Shown here piece after piece: positions 42,502 through 51,402 of a DNA stretch of 59,876 bases. The DNA comes from an uncultured Polyangiales bacterium (lineage in GTDB: Bacteria > Myxococcota_A > Polyangia > Polyangiales > CAYWAT01). Each line of letters begins with the position of its first letter. Position 1 is the stretch's first letter. The stretch lies in the NCBI GenBank assembly GCA_964456305.1, contig CAYWAT010000001.1, forward strand, positions 23,001 to 82,876, given 5' to 3'. The position numbers and the translations under genes were made by a program. The notes under the pieces were generated by a model that was given only the letters and a program-made list of their open reading frames with translations, was not told where the DNA came from and made no database searches.

Positions 42502-43188
42502 GTGGGGTGTTGGGTGATGTTTTCCTTTCGTTACGGCCACCTACATCGTCGGGTACATTGTCTCACAGGTCTAGGCTGCATGATTCTGGCGATGGCTTGG
42601 CCGAAGCAGGCTGAAGCCGAGTCTCCGGAGCTTATTCCCACGCCCGAGCAACAAGAGGGGATTTGGTTGGGTGAGTTTCAGCTCAAACCGGTGATACCCC
42701 TCTCCGATAGCTCTGTGTGTCCGGCGCAGAGCGCCTGTGTGCTGGGCAGTGGCGGCGGCTTTGGGGGCAGTGTTGAGCTGCGTTGGTTTCAGCGCGTGGG
42801 GCTGCTGCTGGGGTATGAAATCTGGATTCTCGATGGCGAGGGCGTTTGGGAGCTGAGTACGATGCAAAGCTTGCATGTGGGAGTGCGTTATGTGTTTTGG
42901 GATCGCAGCATTTGGCATCCTTATGTCACCGCCGGCCCTACCTTTCTGCTGCTGGGCGATACCTTTGGGGTAGAGAGTGTGGGCGGAGGCGTGGATGCTC
43001 GTCTTGGTGTAGAGCTCGAACTCAGCGCCCTGCTCGCGCTCAATGTAGCCCTGCGCGGTCGCCTGTTTACCTTGTCACCCTTTACCACGGAAGGGGACAA
43101 TGTAAGGCGTGCACAAGGCTTTGACCTCAATGCCTTACTGGCGATTGAGGTGGGGATCACGGTGTTTGAATCCCCCTCGATTCCTTGA
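42502..43188 (+). CDS. small outer-membrane beta-barrel-like protein
   Basis: Signal-like N-terminus (GLGCMILAMAWPKQAEA) and alternating strand patterns (VELRWFQRVGLLLGYEI, LHVGVRYVFW, LGVELELSALLALNVAL, LNALLAIEVGITVF). The start is uncertain (GTG 42502 or ATG 42517). Confidence 0.5.
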   Translation: MGCWVMFSFRYGHLHRRVHCLTGLGCMILAMAWPKQAEAESPELIPTPEQQEGIWLGEFQLKPVIPLSDSSVCPAQSACVLGSGGGFGGSVELRWFQRVGLLLGYEIWILDGEGVWELSTMQSLHVGVRYVFWDRSIWHPYVTAGPTFLLLGDTFGVESVGGGVDARLGVELELSALLALNVALRGRLFTLSPFTTEGDNVRRAQGFDLNALLAIEVGITVFESPSIP

Positions 43189-43278
43189 GTCGCTGCTTCT
43201 CGATAGCCTGTATTCTTGAAGAACACCTATATTGTTTGAGATCTTCATCGAATGGTGAGATAGTGAATTCTAGTTTCT

Positions 43279-44418
43279 ATGGCTTCTCTGGGCTCCGACG
43301 ATATTACCGGCGCGAACATTCACGATGCCATTGCCCTTTATGCAGAGCAGCATGCGAGGGCATCTCAGTCATTGGCTTCAACGTTGCCTCCCGCGGCCTC
43401 ATGCGAGGGCATCAAAGCCAGCTTATATGGCACAACAGATGTGGGCTTGGTGCGGGAGCACAACGAAGATAGCCTACTTTTGATCGATGCCACCGAGGGT
43501 GAAGACTACACCATGGCGTCGCAGGTTAGCGCCGATGTGGATATCGGGGGGCGCGGGCTGGTGTTTGCTGTTTGCGATGGCATGGGCGGTGCTGCTGCCG
43601 GTGAGGTTGCCAGCATGATGGCGGTGCAGACCCTCAAGGAGCGCTTCTTTCAGGGACGCATTCCTCGTCATCGGGATGCCTTTGCTAGACGTATCGTTCA
43701 GAGCATTCAGTACGCAGGACACTGTATCTACCAGGAGGCCAACGAAGACCACTCCCGGCACGGCATGGGGACCACCGCAACTGTGGCTGGGTTGATCGAT
43801 AAAGTGCTTTTTGTTGGGCAGATTGGTGATAGTCGCGCTTACGTTTTACGTCGCGGTCGGCTCAAACAAATCACCAAAGATCAAACCTTGGTTAATCAAC
43901 TGCTCGAAAGTGGCCAGCTCACCGAGGAAGAACTCGAGGACTTTGGTCACTCCAACATCATTCTGCAGGCTTTGGGCACCACCGAGGAGATCAAGGTGGA
44001 CCTGACCTTTCTGGAGTTGCGACGAGGCGATCGGCTCATGCTCTGCTCGGATGGACTGTCGGGGCTGGTACACGACGAGGTGATTAAGTACATCCTCACG
44101 ACGCATCGCGACCTCAAGCAATGTTCGGAGAAGCTCATCTCCCTTGCGAATGCCGCAGGCGGGTATGACAATATTACTATCGCGATAGCCGATTTCGACG
44201 GCGAGGAGCTCGAGATGCCGGATGAACAGATTCCGGTGATGTATCAGCAATACCCTCTGCCTGTGGACGTCGAAGACGACGAACCGGTGACCTCAAAAGC
44301 CGTGCGTCTCAAGTCCATTCCCATCGAGGCATCGTCGGCTCCCTTGATGCATGAGTTCCGTTCGGCCGAGTCGAGCGATAAAGATGCTGCTGGCTGGTGG
44401 TTTCCCGGTAACTTTTAA
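43279..44418 (+). CDS. PP2C-family Ser/Thr protein phosphatase
   Basis: GLVREHNEDS, FAVCDGMGGAAAGEVAS, GTTATV, GDSRAY, LMLCSDGLSG and GGYDNITIAI are the canonical PP2C metal-binding motifs. Confidence 0.87.
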   Translation: MASLGSDDITGANIHDAIALYAEQHARASQSLASTLPPAASCEGIKASLYGTTDVGLVREHNEDSLLLIDATEGEDYTMASQVSADVDIGGRGLVFAVCDGMGGAAAGEVASMMAVQTLKERFFQGRIPRHRDAFARRIVQSIQYAGHCIYQEANEDHSRHGMGTTATVAGLIDKVLFVGQIGDSRAYVLRRGRLKQITKDQTLVNQLLESGQLTEEELEDFGHSNIILQALGTTEEIKVDLTFLELRRGDRLMLCSDGLSGLVHDEVIKYILTTHRDLKQCSEKLISLANAAGGYDNITIAIADFDGEELEMPDEQIPVMYQQYPLPVDVEDDEPVTSKAVRLKSIPIEASSAPLMHEFRSAESSDKDAAGWWFPGNF

Positions 44419-44445
44419 ACTATCCTGGCGACACCTGTATTTGTC

Positions 44446-44673
44446 ATGCGATTGCTTGGTCAAAAAATAATGCCTTGGGTAACAGCTATCTGTCTTTGTG
44501 CCTTGAGCGCCTGCGCAACTACCCAGCCTTGGGAGCGCGAGTACTTGGCTCACCCCACCATGAATCCTCACGAGGAGCGTGAGCGCGAGGCCTTGCGCGA
44601 ATATTTGGTGACCTGTCGTGAGGGTGCCATGGGTGGCATTAGTGGTCGCGCTGGTGGTTTAGGTTGTTATTGA
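44446..44673 (+). CDS. DUF4266-like small lipoprotein
   Basis: Lipobox (CALSAC), QPWEREYLAHPTM and a C-terminal Gly/Cys tail (GRAGGLGCY). As I recall the family, it usually precedes a DUF3570 gene. Confidence 0.65.
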   Translation: MRLLGQKIMPWVTAICLCALSACATTQPWEREYLAHPTMNPHEEREREALREYLVTCREGAMGGISGRAGGLGCY

Positions 44674-44677
44674 GCGT

Positions 44678-45868
44678 ATGCACCGACTCATTCAAGTTGC
44701 TGCGCTTAGCTGCTGTCTTTGGCTGTTCATCGCTTCCTTGGCGGTGGCGCAGTCGTCGCGCTCGCCATGGCGTCTTGGGGTGGATACGCAGCTTTATCTC
44801 GACAGCGATGATGTACGCACAATAACGCCGCAGGCCTTTCTCAACTACGCCCTCGATGATGAAGGAAGTGCGATTTCTATGCGCGCCCTGATCAGCCATA
44901 TCCACAATGGCTCGGTAGATGTGAGGGCTCATGGTCAGTCGCCTTATTCCGAGGTGCGCAGCGAGTTTAATGTGGGCTTCAGCAAGGCGATTAAGGGATG
45001 GTTGCCTGCGCTGAACTATCGTTTTTCCATCGAACCCGATTATGTTTCGCATGGATTGGAGGCACGCTTGAGCCGCTCCTTGGCAGGCGGGGATGCCTCC
45101 TTTTCGGTGGGGCTGCAGGCAAGCTTTGACGCGGTTGGGCGACGTGGGGAGCGCTTTGATTTTTGGCGTCACCGCTTTGATGGCTTGGGCGAATCGCTGG
45201 CTAATTATCGCAGTGACCTGAGCTATAGGCAGAACCTTGGTGAAAAAGCCCTGCTACGTTTCAAGCATAGTCTGACCATCCAGCGCGGGTACATGGAAAG
45301 CCCTTACCGTTACGTGCCCTTGTTTTCGCTTAATCGTGTGCTTGAGCTCGCCAGTCAGGGCGAGGTCATTGATGGCGATAATTTTGACGAACACCGTCTT
45401 GATGCCCGTCCTGCCGAGCAGTTGCCGGATACTCGCATCGGCACGGCCCTAGCGGTGGGGGGCATGCAGTACATCGATGCCATCCATGCAGCGTTGCTAT
45501 TGGACTACCAGTTTTACATCGATACCTGGGGTGTGGCTGCGCATGTGATCGAGCCTGCCATGCGCTTACAGGTGCATGAAGACTGGCAGGTGAAGGCTTT
45601 CTTGCGCTTCTATACTCAAGGCTCGGCCTCCTTTTGGGAGCCTTTATATATCGTTGCGGACACCCAGGCCCTGCCGCGCTGGCGCAGTAGTGACCGGCAT
45701 CTATCCGCCTATATTTCGGGCACCCTAGGCGCACGCGTCGATTGGCAGCATGGACCTTTTGCCGCCTATGCAGAGACCCAGGGCATGTACTCGCACTTTG
45801 ATCACTATCTCTTTTTGACGGGGCGTTGGGCTTTTATTGGGCAGCTGGGGTTACGATGGACACGCTAG
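44678..45868 (+). CDS. DUF3570-like predicted outer-membrane beta-barrel protein
   Basis: Signal peptide (CCLWLFIASLAVAQS), beta-strand-rich sequence and a C-terminal aromatic-rich strand (GQLGLRWTR). It starts 4 nt after the DUF4266-like gene. The family call is from memory of the conserved pair. Confidence 0.6.
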   Translation: MHRLIQVAALSCCLWLFIASLAVAQSSRSPWRLGVDTQLYLDSDDVRTITPQAFLNYALDDEGSAISMRALISHIHNGSVDVRAHGQSPYSEVRSEFNVGFSKAIKGWLPALNYRFSIEPDYVSHGLEARLSRSLAGGDASFSVGLQASFDAVGRRGERFDFWRHRFDGLGESLANYRSDLSYRQNLGEKALLRFKHSLTIQRGYMESPYRYVPLFSLNRVLELASQGEVIDGDNFDEHRLDARPAEQLPDTRIGTALAVGGMQYIDAIHAALLLDYQFYIDTWGVAAHVIEPAMRLQVHEDWQVKAFLRFYTQGSASFWEPLYIVADTQALPRWRSSDRHLSAYISGTLGARVDWQHGPFAAYAETQGMYSHFDHYLFLTGRWAFIGQLGLRWTR

Positions 45869-45993
45869 ATCGCTCTCAATTTGCTTTGAGCCTGAGTGCG
45901 CCCGGACCACAGGAACGAAAATGTATGTATAGATACCTTGAGAGACGCGGACCGGACGTAGACCAGGATCAGAGTAAAGTGAGGGCGGTCTAG
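45865..45993 (+). repeat. MITE-like palindromic element, short form, copy B (129 nt)
   Basis: It runs from CTAGATCGCTCTCAATTTGCTTTGAGCCTGAG... to ...CAGGATCAGAGTAAAGTGAGGGCGGTCTAG. The terminal inverted repeats are CTAGATCGCTCTCA / CTAGACCGCCCTCA (12 of 14). The arms are shared with copies A and C, and the core is shared with copy D. Its first TAG is the stop of the upstream gene, and its last G begins the GTG start of the next ORF. Confidence 0.85.
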
Positions 45994-46463
45994 TGCGCTG
46001 GGGGATTGTGTTCGCTGCTTTGATTTGTGGGGTGGCTTGTTATCAGCAGGAAGCCTTTTTGGTTCAAAATCCCGATGCCGATTTTTATCGCCTGGAGGTG
46101 CAGCCCTACCTGGCGCCCGCCTGCGCGTCCTCTTCCTGTCATGGCCGGGTGCAGCGACCTCTGCGTCTGTACTCCGCAGGTGGATTGCGACTAGACGATG
46201 CGACTGCCGCCAGTGATCCCTTGAGTGACGACGAGCTGCAGGCGAATATGCGTGCCTTACTAGGCTTAGATCCTGAGCGGATTGGCTCCGTCAATCACCT
46301 GGTGTTGACGAAACCTCTGTCAGAAAAAGCCGGCGGCGTTGAGCATGAGGAGGGTGAGATCATCTGGGCCTCGCCTGAGGATCCTGGGTATCTCTGCCTC
46401 TCGCGTTGGCTGATGGGTGATGAGGGCAACGAAACGCGCCAGGCGTGTGCCCAAGCACGCTAG
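45993..46463 (+). CDS. hypothetical lipoprotein with C-x4-C-H motif
   Basis: Lipobox-like AALICGVAC, then PACASSSCHG (Cys-x4-Cys-His, not a canonical CxxCH haem site). 156 aa. It is bracketed by two copies of the repeat element. GTG start. Confidence 0.45.
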   Translation: MRWGIVFAALICGVACYQQEAFLVQNPDADFYRLEVQPYLAPACASSSCHGRVQRPLRLYSAGGLRLDDATAASDPLSDDELQANMRALLGLDPERIGSVNHLVLTKPLSEKAGGVEHEEGEIIWASPEDPGYLCLSRWLMGDEGNETRQACAQAR

Positions 46464-46647
46464 ATCGCTCTCAATTTGCGTTGAGCCTGAGCGCGCCCGG
46501 ACCACAGCGACGAAGGCGTATTAAAGATACGTCGACCTCCGGCTCCGCCGCACTCTGCTGCCCTGCTTTCGCAGGCGCTCGCTTCGCTCGCACGCATCGT
46601 GAGGACCGGACGAAAACCAGGATCAGAGTGAAGTGAGGGCGGTCTAG
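46460..46647 (+). repeat. MITE-like palindromic element, long form, copy C (188 nt)
   Basis: It begins CTAGATCGCTCTCA and ends TGAGGGCGGTCTAG. It is about 90 percent identical to copy A by eye. The first TAG (46461-46463) is the stop of the upstream plus-strand ORF. The last CTA (46644-46646) is the reverse-complement TAG stop of the convergent helicase gene. Confidence 0.88.
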
Positions 46648-48671
46648 GTATCGAGTTTGTTTAAGATAGCCTGGGCCATTGAGGCGATTTCATCGTGTTG
46701 CATAGCTTTGGCCATCACCGGAACGTAATCACGCACGGATTCTTCGGGCAGATTTTGCAGAAATCGAGTGGGAGTTAGAGGCGTAAGTGTGCCGCGCAGG
46801 CTTTTGCGGCGTGGGCACATGCAATAGAGGAGGTCTTGTGCGCGTGTCATCCCTACGTAAAAGAGTCGCCGTTCTTCATCGACACTGATCGGCGAAGCAT
46901 CGTTGGCTTTGGGGTTCGTGCTGCGGGAATGAGGGATTTGTCCTTCGACGCAGCCGATCATGAACACCACCGGAAATTCCAGTCCTTTCACGGCATGCAG
47001 GGTGGAGAGGGTCACGCGGTTGTGTTGGCTTTCTTCTTCCTGGTTGATGCGCAGCGTAAGGCGCGTCAGGAAGTTCTGTATCGACGGTTTGGGCTCGGCA
47101 TGATTGCGTTCGTAACGCTCTATTGAACGCAACAAGAACTGGATATTGTCGTGACGCTTACGTGCTGAGGCGCCGTAGTCTTGTTCAAAGCGAGCGAGCG
47201 TAAAGCCGGCCTCGCGCAGCAGCGTTTCAGCGCAGGCATGCACCGCTTCACCCTTAAGGAGTCGCTGGCGCGCGCTCTCTAAAATCGAAAAGAGATATCC
47301 TGCGCTCTGCCTCGCAGCGGGCGGCAGTCCTGGGACCTGGGTCGCTTGACCAAGAGCGCGATACAAACTGATGTCTTGGGCCTGCGCATGCTGATTGAGT
47401 CGCTCTACGCTCTGAGGACCGATGCCGCGTGAGGGGTATTGCAGCATGCGGCGTATCGATAGCGCATCGCCTGGATTCACCAGGGTGCGTAGGTAAGCGA
47501 TGGCATCTTTGACCTCTTTGCGATCAAAATACTGCATGCCGCCGAGGAGTTGATAGGGCTGGTGGTTGATTCTCAGCTCTTCTTCGATGCGCCGGGCTTG
47601 TTGATTCGAACGATACAGAACGGCGATGTCTTGGTAACGGTAGTTGCACTGGTTGATCAAATTGCGAATCTCTGCACTTACTGCGCGCGCTTCCATCTCG
47701 GCATCATCGACGACGCAGCGACGCACGAAGGAGTCGTTGTCGCTGCGGGTTGCTCTTAGGGTCTTGAGGTATTTTTTATTGGGTACCTGCTGCATCAACC
47801 CATTGGCCGCTGCCAAAATGGGAGGACGGGAGCGGTAGTTGTCTTCGAGTTTAATCACCCGGGTGTTGGGGAAATGACTCTCGAAGTCGAGGATGTTACT
47901 AACTTCGGCGCCTCTCCAGCTGTAGATCGACTGGTCGTCATCACCTACCACGCAGACATTGCGCATGGGGTTGGCGAGCAGACGAACCAGTTCGAGCTGC
48001 GCATGGTTGGTATCCTGAAACTCGTCGATGAGCAGGTGACGAAAGCGCTCGCTCCAACGCCTTTGGATATCTGGATAGTGCCGGAGGATGCTCACGCATA
48101 AGCCCACCAGGTCATCAAAGTCCACGGCACGCAGCGCTCGCAAGGCCTCTTGGTACGCTGAGTAGATTGCTCGAGCCGCATTTTCGTAGTCACTGCGCGC
48201 GGCAGGCAAGGTCTTGGCGTCGAGTAGGCGTCCTTTCCATAAGGAAATCTGGGCCTGCACGGCGGTGGCATCCATGCGCCGATCCTGCACCTGTTCGCGC
48301 AGCAAACTACGCACTAAACCGACACTGTCACTCTGGTCAAACATGGTGAATCCCCCTCGTCCCCAGGCATGGTGCAGTTCTGCGTTAAGGAAACGCACGC
48401 CAAAGCGATGAAAGGTGGATAGCCAGAGTTTCTCGCAGGCGTCTTTAGGCATCAGCTTGCGCATGCGCGCCTGCATCTCTTCGGCGGCTTTGTTGGTAAA
48501 GCTTACCGCCATGATGCTTTCAGGGCGTATGCCTGAGTTGACCAGCTGTGCGATGCGCTGGGTGATCACCCTTGTTTTGCCGCTGCCCGCACCGGCTAGC
48601 ACCAGCAGGGGTCCTTGGCTGTGCAGAACGGCGTTGCGTTGATGCGTGTTAAGAGACTCGAGGGAAACCAT
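46644..48671 (-). CDS. uvrD: UvrD/PcrA/Rep-family ATP-dependent DNA helicase
   Basis: LNTHQRNAV, Walker A AGAGSGKT, FTNKAAEEM, LIDEFQDTN (motif II), VGDDDQSIYSWRGA, YRS, TLHAVKGLEFPVVF and RRLFYVGMTRA. The internal ATG at 48671 is preferred to TTG 48707. Confidence 0.92.
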   Translation of the reverse strand: MVSLESLNTHQRNAVLHSQGPLLVLAGAGSGKTRVITQRIAQLVNSGIRPESIMAVSFTNKAAEEMQARMRKLMPKDACEKLWLSTFHRFGVRFLNAELHHAWGRGGFTMFDQSDSVGLVRSLLREQVQDRRMDATAVQAQISLWKGRLLDAKTLPAARSDYENAARAIYSAYQEALRALRAVDFDDLVGLCVSILRHYPDIQRRWSERFRHLLIDEFQDTNHAQLELVRLLANPMRNVCVVGDDDQSIYSWRGAEVSNILDFESHFPNTRVIKLEDNYRSRPPILAAANGLMQQVPNKKYLKTLRATRSDNDSFVRRCVVDDAEMEARAVSAEIRNLINQCNYRYQDIAVLYRSNQQARRIEEELRINHQPYQLLGGMQYFDRKEVKDAIAYLRTLVNPGDALSIRRMLQYPSRGIGPQSVERLNQHAQAQDISLYRALGQATQVPGLPPAARQSAGYLFSILESARQRLLKGEAVHACAETLLREAGFTLARFEQDYGASARKRHDNIQFLLRSIERYERNHAEPKPSIQNFLTRLTLRINQEEESQHNRVTLSTLHAVKGLEFPVVFMIGCVEGQIPHSRSTNPKANDASPISVDEERRLFYVGMTRAQDLLYCMCPRRKSLRGTLTPLTPTRFLQNLPEESVRDYVPVMAKAMQHDEIASMAQAILNKLDT

Positions 48672-48820
48672 GGCGGGGGTTGTGATGCAGCTGTTTGTAT
48701 CCCGCAATCGATGTCAGCTCGCGCTGTCGGTTTTTGCGTAACATGTGCAGCGAGGGTCTAAGTTTGCTGAGATTATGGCCCTATGATAAGATACCGCACA
48801 TTTTAAGATGGAGCGTGTCC

Positions 48821-49771
48821 ATGCAGGGTTCTCGTCTTCCTTCGTTTTCATCCTTACTCAAATCACGTGATGTTGAAGATCCAGTCAATCTTTACGTGCA
48901 TCGCCCCCTTGCATACGCCTTCGTCAAGCTCATCTACCGCAGCTCCATCACGCCCAATCAGGTTACCGCCTTTGCTGTCATACTGGGTGCGGGCGCTGCA
49001 GCCTGCTGGTTTTGGGGCAGCTCCTGGGCAATGATTGCGGGTGGTCTATTGCTTTGGGCGTCGGGCATTATCGACGGTGCGGACGGCATTTTGGCGCGTG
49101 CCAAAAACATGCAATCGGAATTCGGTCGTGCTCTAGACGGTGCTGCTGATGCTGTGGTGGCGGTGTTGTCGATTTGCGCTGCTCTGTATCATTTGTGGGT
49201 GAAGCATCATGACCCCATGCAGTTTGTCTTGGCGGTTCCAAGCATTGGCTTCTCCATCATGCATCTCTATTTGTACGATTTTTACAAAGAATCTTACCTG
49301 CGTGCGACCCGTCCCTCCAGCACCGGCGAAGGCTTGGATGTTAGCGCTCTTGAGAAGCACATCGAGGCCATGGCTCAGACGCATTCGCGTTTCACTTATA
49401 TTGTCATGCGTCATTTTTATTTGCCGGTGATCCGCATCGAGCATCGTCTGGTCGGTTGGACCAACCCCTCTGCGCAGCGCGATCGCAAGAAAAGCAGCCA
49501 TTCCCCGCTTAAGGCAGAGATTTATCGGAAGCATAATCTGGCTCCCATGCGTTTATGGACCTTGGTATCATGGGCGCCACATACGTACCTGATGGCGATT
49601 TGTGGTATGTTTGATCGCCTTGATGTCTATCTATGGCTACGTCTTATTCTTATGAACGCGATTTTGCTTATTCTCATCGTCTGGCAGCGACGCGCCACCG
49701 AGCATACCGTTGAGGAATTGCAAGCGCGTGCGAAAAGCCCCATGTTACCTTCGGCAATGGCGCATTCCTAG
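48821..49771 (+). CDS. CDP-alcohol phosphatidyltransferase-family membrane protein
   Basis: Signature D-G-x2-A-R-x8-G-x3-D-x3-D, read as IDGADGILARAKNMQSEFGRALDGAADAV, with multiple TM helices. The ATG at 48821 is preferred because the ORF-track start at 48695 overlaps the divergent helicase gene. Confidence 0.8.
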   Translation: MQGSRLPSFSSLLKSRDVEDPVNLYVHRPLAYAFVKLIYRSSITPNQVTAFAVILGAGAAACWFWGSSWAMIAGGLLLWASGIIDGADGILARAKNMQSEFGRALDGAADAVVAVLSICAALYHLWVKHHDPMQFVLAVPSIGFSIMHLYLYDFYKESYLRATRPSSTGEGLDVSALEKHIEAMAQTHSRFTYIVMRHFYLPVIRIEHRLVGWTNPSAQRDRKKSSHSPLKAEIYRKHNLAPMRLWTLVSWAPHTYLMAICGMFDRLDVYLWLRLILMNAILLILIVWQRRATEHTVEELQARAKSPMLPSAMAHS

Positions 49772-49802
49772 TCATTAGCCAGCGAAAGGAGGATCACTGC
49801 CT

Positions 49803-50513
49803 ATGTTATTTCGAATTACTCCAGAGGCGCTGGATGCCTCTCAAGGTCGTTGGCCTGCCGCGTCGCATGACTCTACTCAGCCCTCGCGTCGTCGCCCTCA
49901 GTCCATTCGTGTGTTTCACAATGGCTGGATTGAAAAGTGGCTCAGCAAAGCCCATCCCATTGCGCCCCTTGTCTGGTTTGGTCCCCTCGTTGCTTACGGT
50001 CTGTATGTGGGTGCCACCTCTGCACGATTAACCGCCTTGGGCTCTGTAGGGTTGTTTTTAGCAGGTTGGTTGGTATGGAGTTTCATGGAGTATTTGCTGC
50101 ACCGTTTTGTGTTTCACATGCGCGCCGATACCCCCAAGAAAAAGCTGCAGATGTTCATGGCGCATGGTTATCACCATGAGTTTCCCAACGACAAAATGCG
50201 TTTGGTGGCCCCGCCTTTGATGAGCTGGTCCATCGGCTTGCCCTTCTTTGCCATCTATTACATTGTACTCGGACCTGACTACTGGGCCATTTTTACCGCT
50301 GGCAATGTGGTGGGGTACATGGCTTATGATTGGATCCACTATTACACCCACCACTTTCGTCCCAAGCGCGGCCTGGGCAAATGGTTACGCACCTACCATC
50401 TTTTGCATCATCATCAGTCGCCCAACGCTCGATATGGGGTGAGCAGTCCTTTGTGGGACATCATTTTTGGCACCTATCGGCCTATCTCGGACCGACTACC
50501 GCGTAAAAAATGA
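49803..50513 (+). CDS. fatty-acid hydroxylase / sterol-desaturase superfamily di-iron membrane enzyme
   Basis: Histidine boxes HRFVFH, HGYHHEF, HYYTHH and HLLHHH in a polytopic membrane protein. Confidence 0.8.
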   Translation: MLFRITPEALDASQGRWPAASHDSTQPSRRRPQSIRVFHNGWIEKWLSKAHPIAPLVWFGPLVAYGLYVGATSARLTALGSVGLFLAGWLVWSFMEYLLHRFVFHMRADTPKKKLQMFMAHGYHHEFPNDKMRLVAPPLMSWSIGLPFFAIYYIVLGPDYWAIFTAGNVVGYMAYDWIHYYTHHFRPKRGLGKWLRTYHLLHHHQSPNARYGVSSPLWDIIFGTYRPISDRLPRKK

Positions 50514-50905
50514 GCGCTTCCTTGCTTGCGTTGTCCGAGTCCGATGACGCGCTGACGCAATGCGCCCTTGGTTTTGTATTCACGGCTATTCTAAAGCGCG
50601 AACATTACCATTCTGAACAAGTTCTCGGTGATGATAGCGCTGAGCCTCTGCGGCAGGCTATCGCAGAAATCATGCAAGCGTATCATTCCGCCCATGCGCA
50701 GGCGCATCATGCCTTTGTTCGGTTGCTTGCAGCGCGTTACCTCAAGCGTCCATCTGGGCTATTGGATAAAGATCGTTGGTCGCAACCCTGGCAGGATAGT
50801 TACGCTACTGCTTCATCGAGCACACGTTGGTTGCTCGCGCACGCTTGTGAACCAACAGAATCAGTCGCGGCGTTGCCTTTGCTATCACACATGTCTGAGG
50901 GTTGA
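50510..50905 (+). CDS. hypothetical protein
   Basis: 131 aa. The start overlaps the upstream stop (ATGA) and the stop overlaps the next start, so the gene is translationally coupled within the lipid-enzyme operon. No motif recognised. Confidence 0.45.
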   Translation: MSASLLALSESDDALTQCALGFVFTAILKREHYHSEQVLGDDSAEPLRQAIAEIMQAYHSAHAQAHHAFVRLLAARYLKRPSGLLDKDRWSQPWQDSYATASSSTRWLLAHACEPTESVAALPLLSHMSEG

Positions 50906-51402
50906 CCGTCTTGACCAAACGCGCCTATCCCTTGCAACCCTCGCGTGTGATCAAAGCGCACCAATCACCCAAGGTCGCTAGCTTCGAGTCACTTACACAA
51001 GAAGATGGCAATGCGCTGGCATCGTTGCTTGCTGACTTGCAAAAGCAGCACTTAACTTGGCAGCATAATCTTCAAGAGAATTTGCCGGTAATGATCCGAG
51101 AGATCGTACAGCGGGTTTTTAAGCATGAGATTCGGGATCGCGGATATGTGATTGCCTTAGTTGCTGAGGCTATCGATGCGTTGGGTGGCCCCGCCCGGGT
51201 TGATGTGCGTATTCATCCCGATGATCGCCCTGGTATTGAAGCGATTCTTCATACACAAAGGCTGCATGCAGCGATCAATCTGATTGCGGATCCTTCGTTG
51301 GCGTCGGGTGATTGTTGGGTAAGCGCTGCTGATGGAGATGTTGATGCCTGCATTCATACCCGTTTACAGGCCTTGGAGGATCTACTCCGCACTGGTCTTT
51401 GA
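50902..51402 (+). CDS. FliH/SctL (YscL/HrpE)-like protein
   Basis: The C-terminal pattern VDVRIHPDDRPGIEAIL...LIADPSLASGDCWVSAADGDVDACIHTRLQALEDLL matches the conserved end of FliH/SctL stator proteins (v.v.v.P.D...l......D..l..GGc.ve...G.iDa.l..rl..l). TTG start. No other flagellar or T3SS gene is in the window. Confidence 0.45.
   Translation: MTVLTKRAYPLQPSRVIKAHQSPKVASFESLTQEDGNALASLLADLQKQHLTWQHNLQENLPVMIREIVQRVFKHEIRDRGYVIALVAEAIDALGGPARVDVRIHPDDRPGIEAILHTQRLHAAINLIADPSLASGDCWVSAADGDVDACIHTRLQALEDLLRTGL

Noticed and set aside
48695-48820. The upstream start for the CDP-alcohol phosphatidyltransferase, overlapping the helicase start.
   Set aside because: The extension is non-hydrophobic, Cys/Arg-rich and covers the divergent promoter region. 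ATG 48821 gives a normal N-terminus. Likewise, uvrD most likely starts at ATG 48671 and not at TTG 48707.
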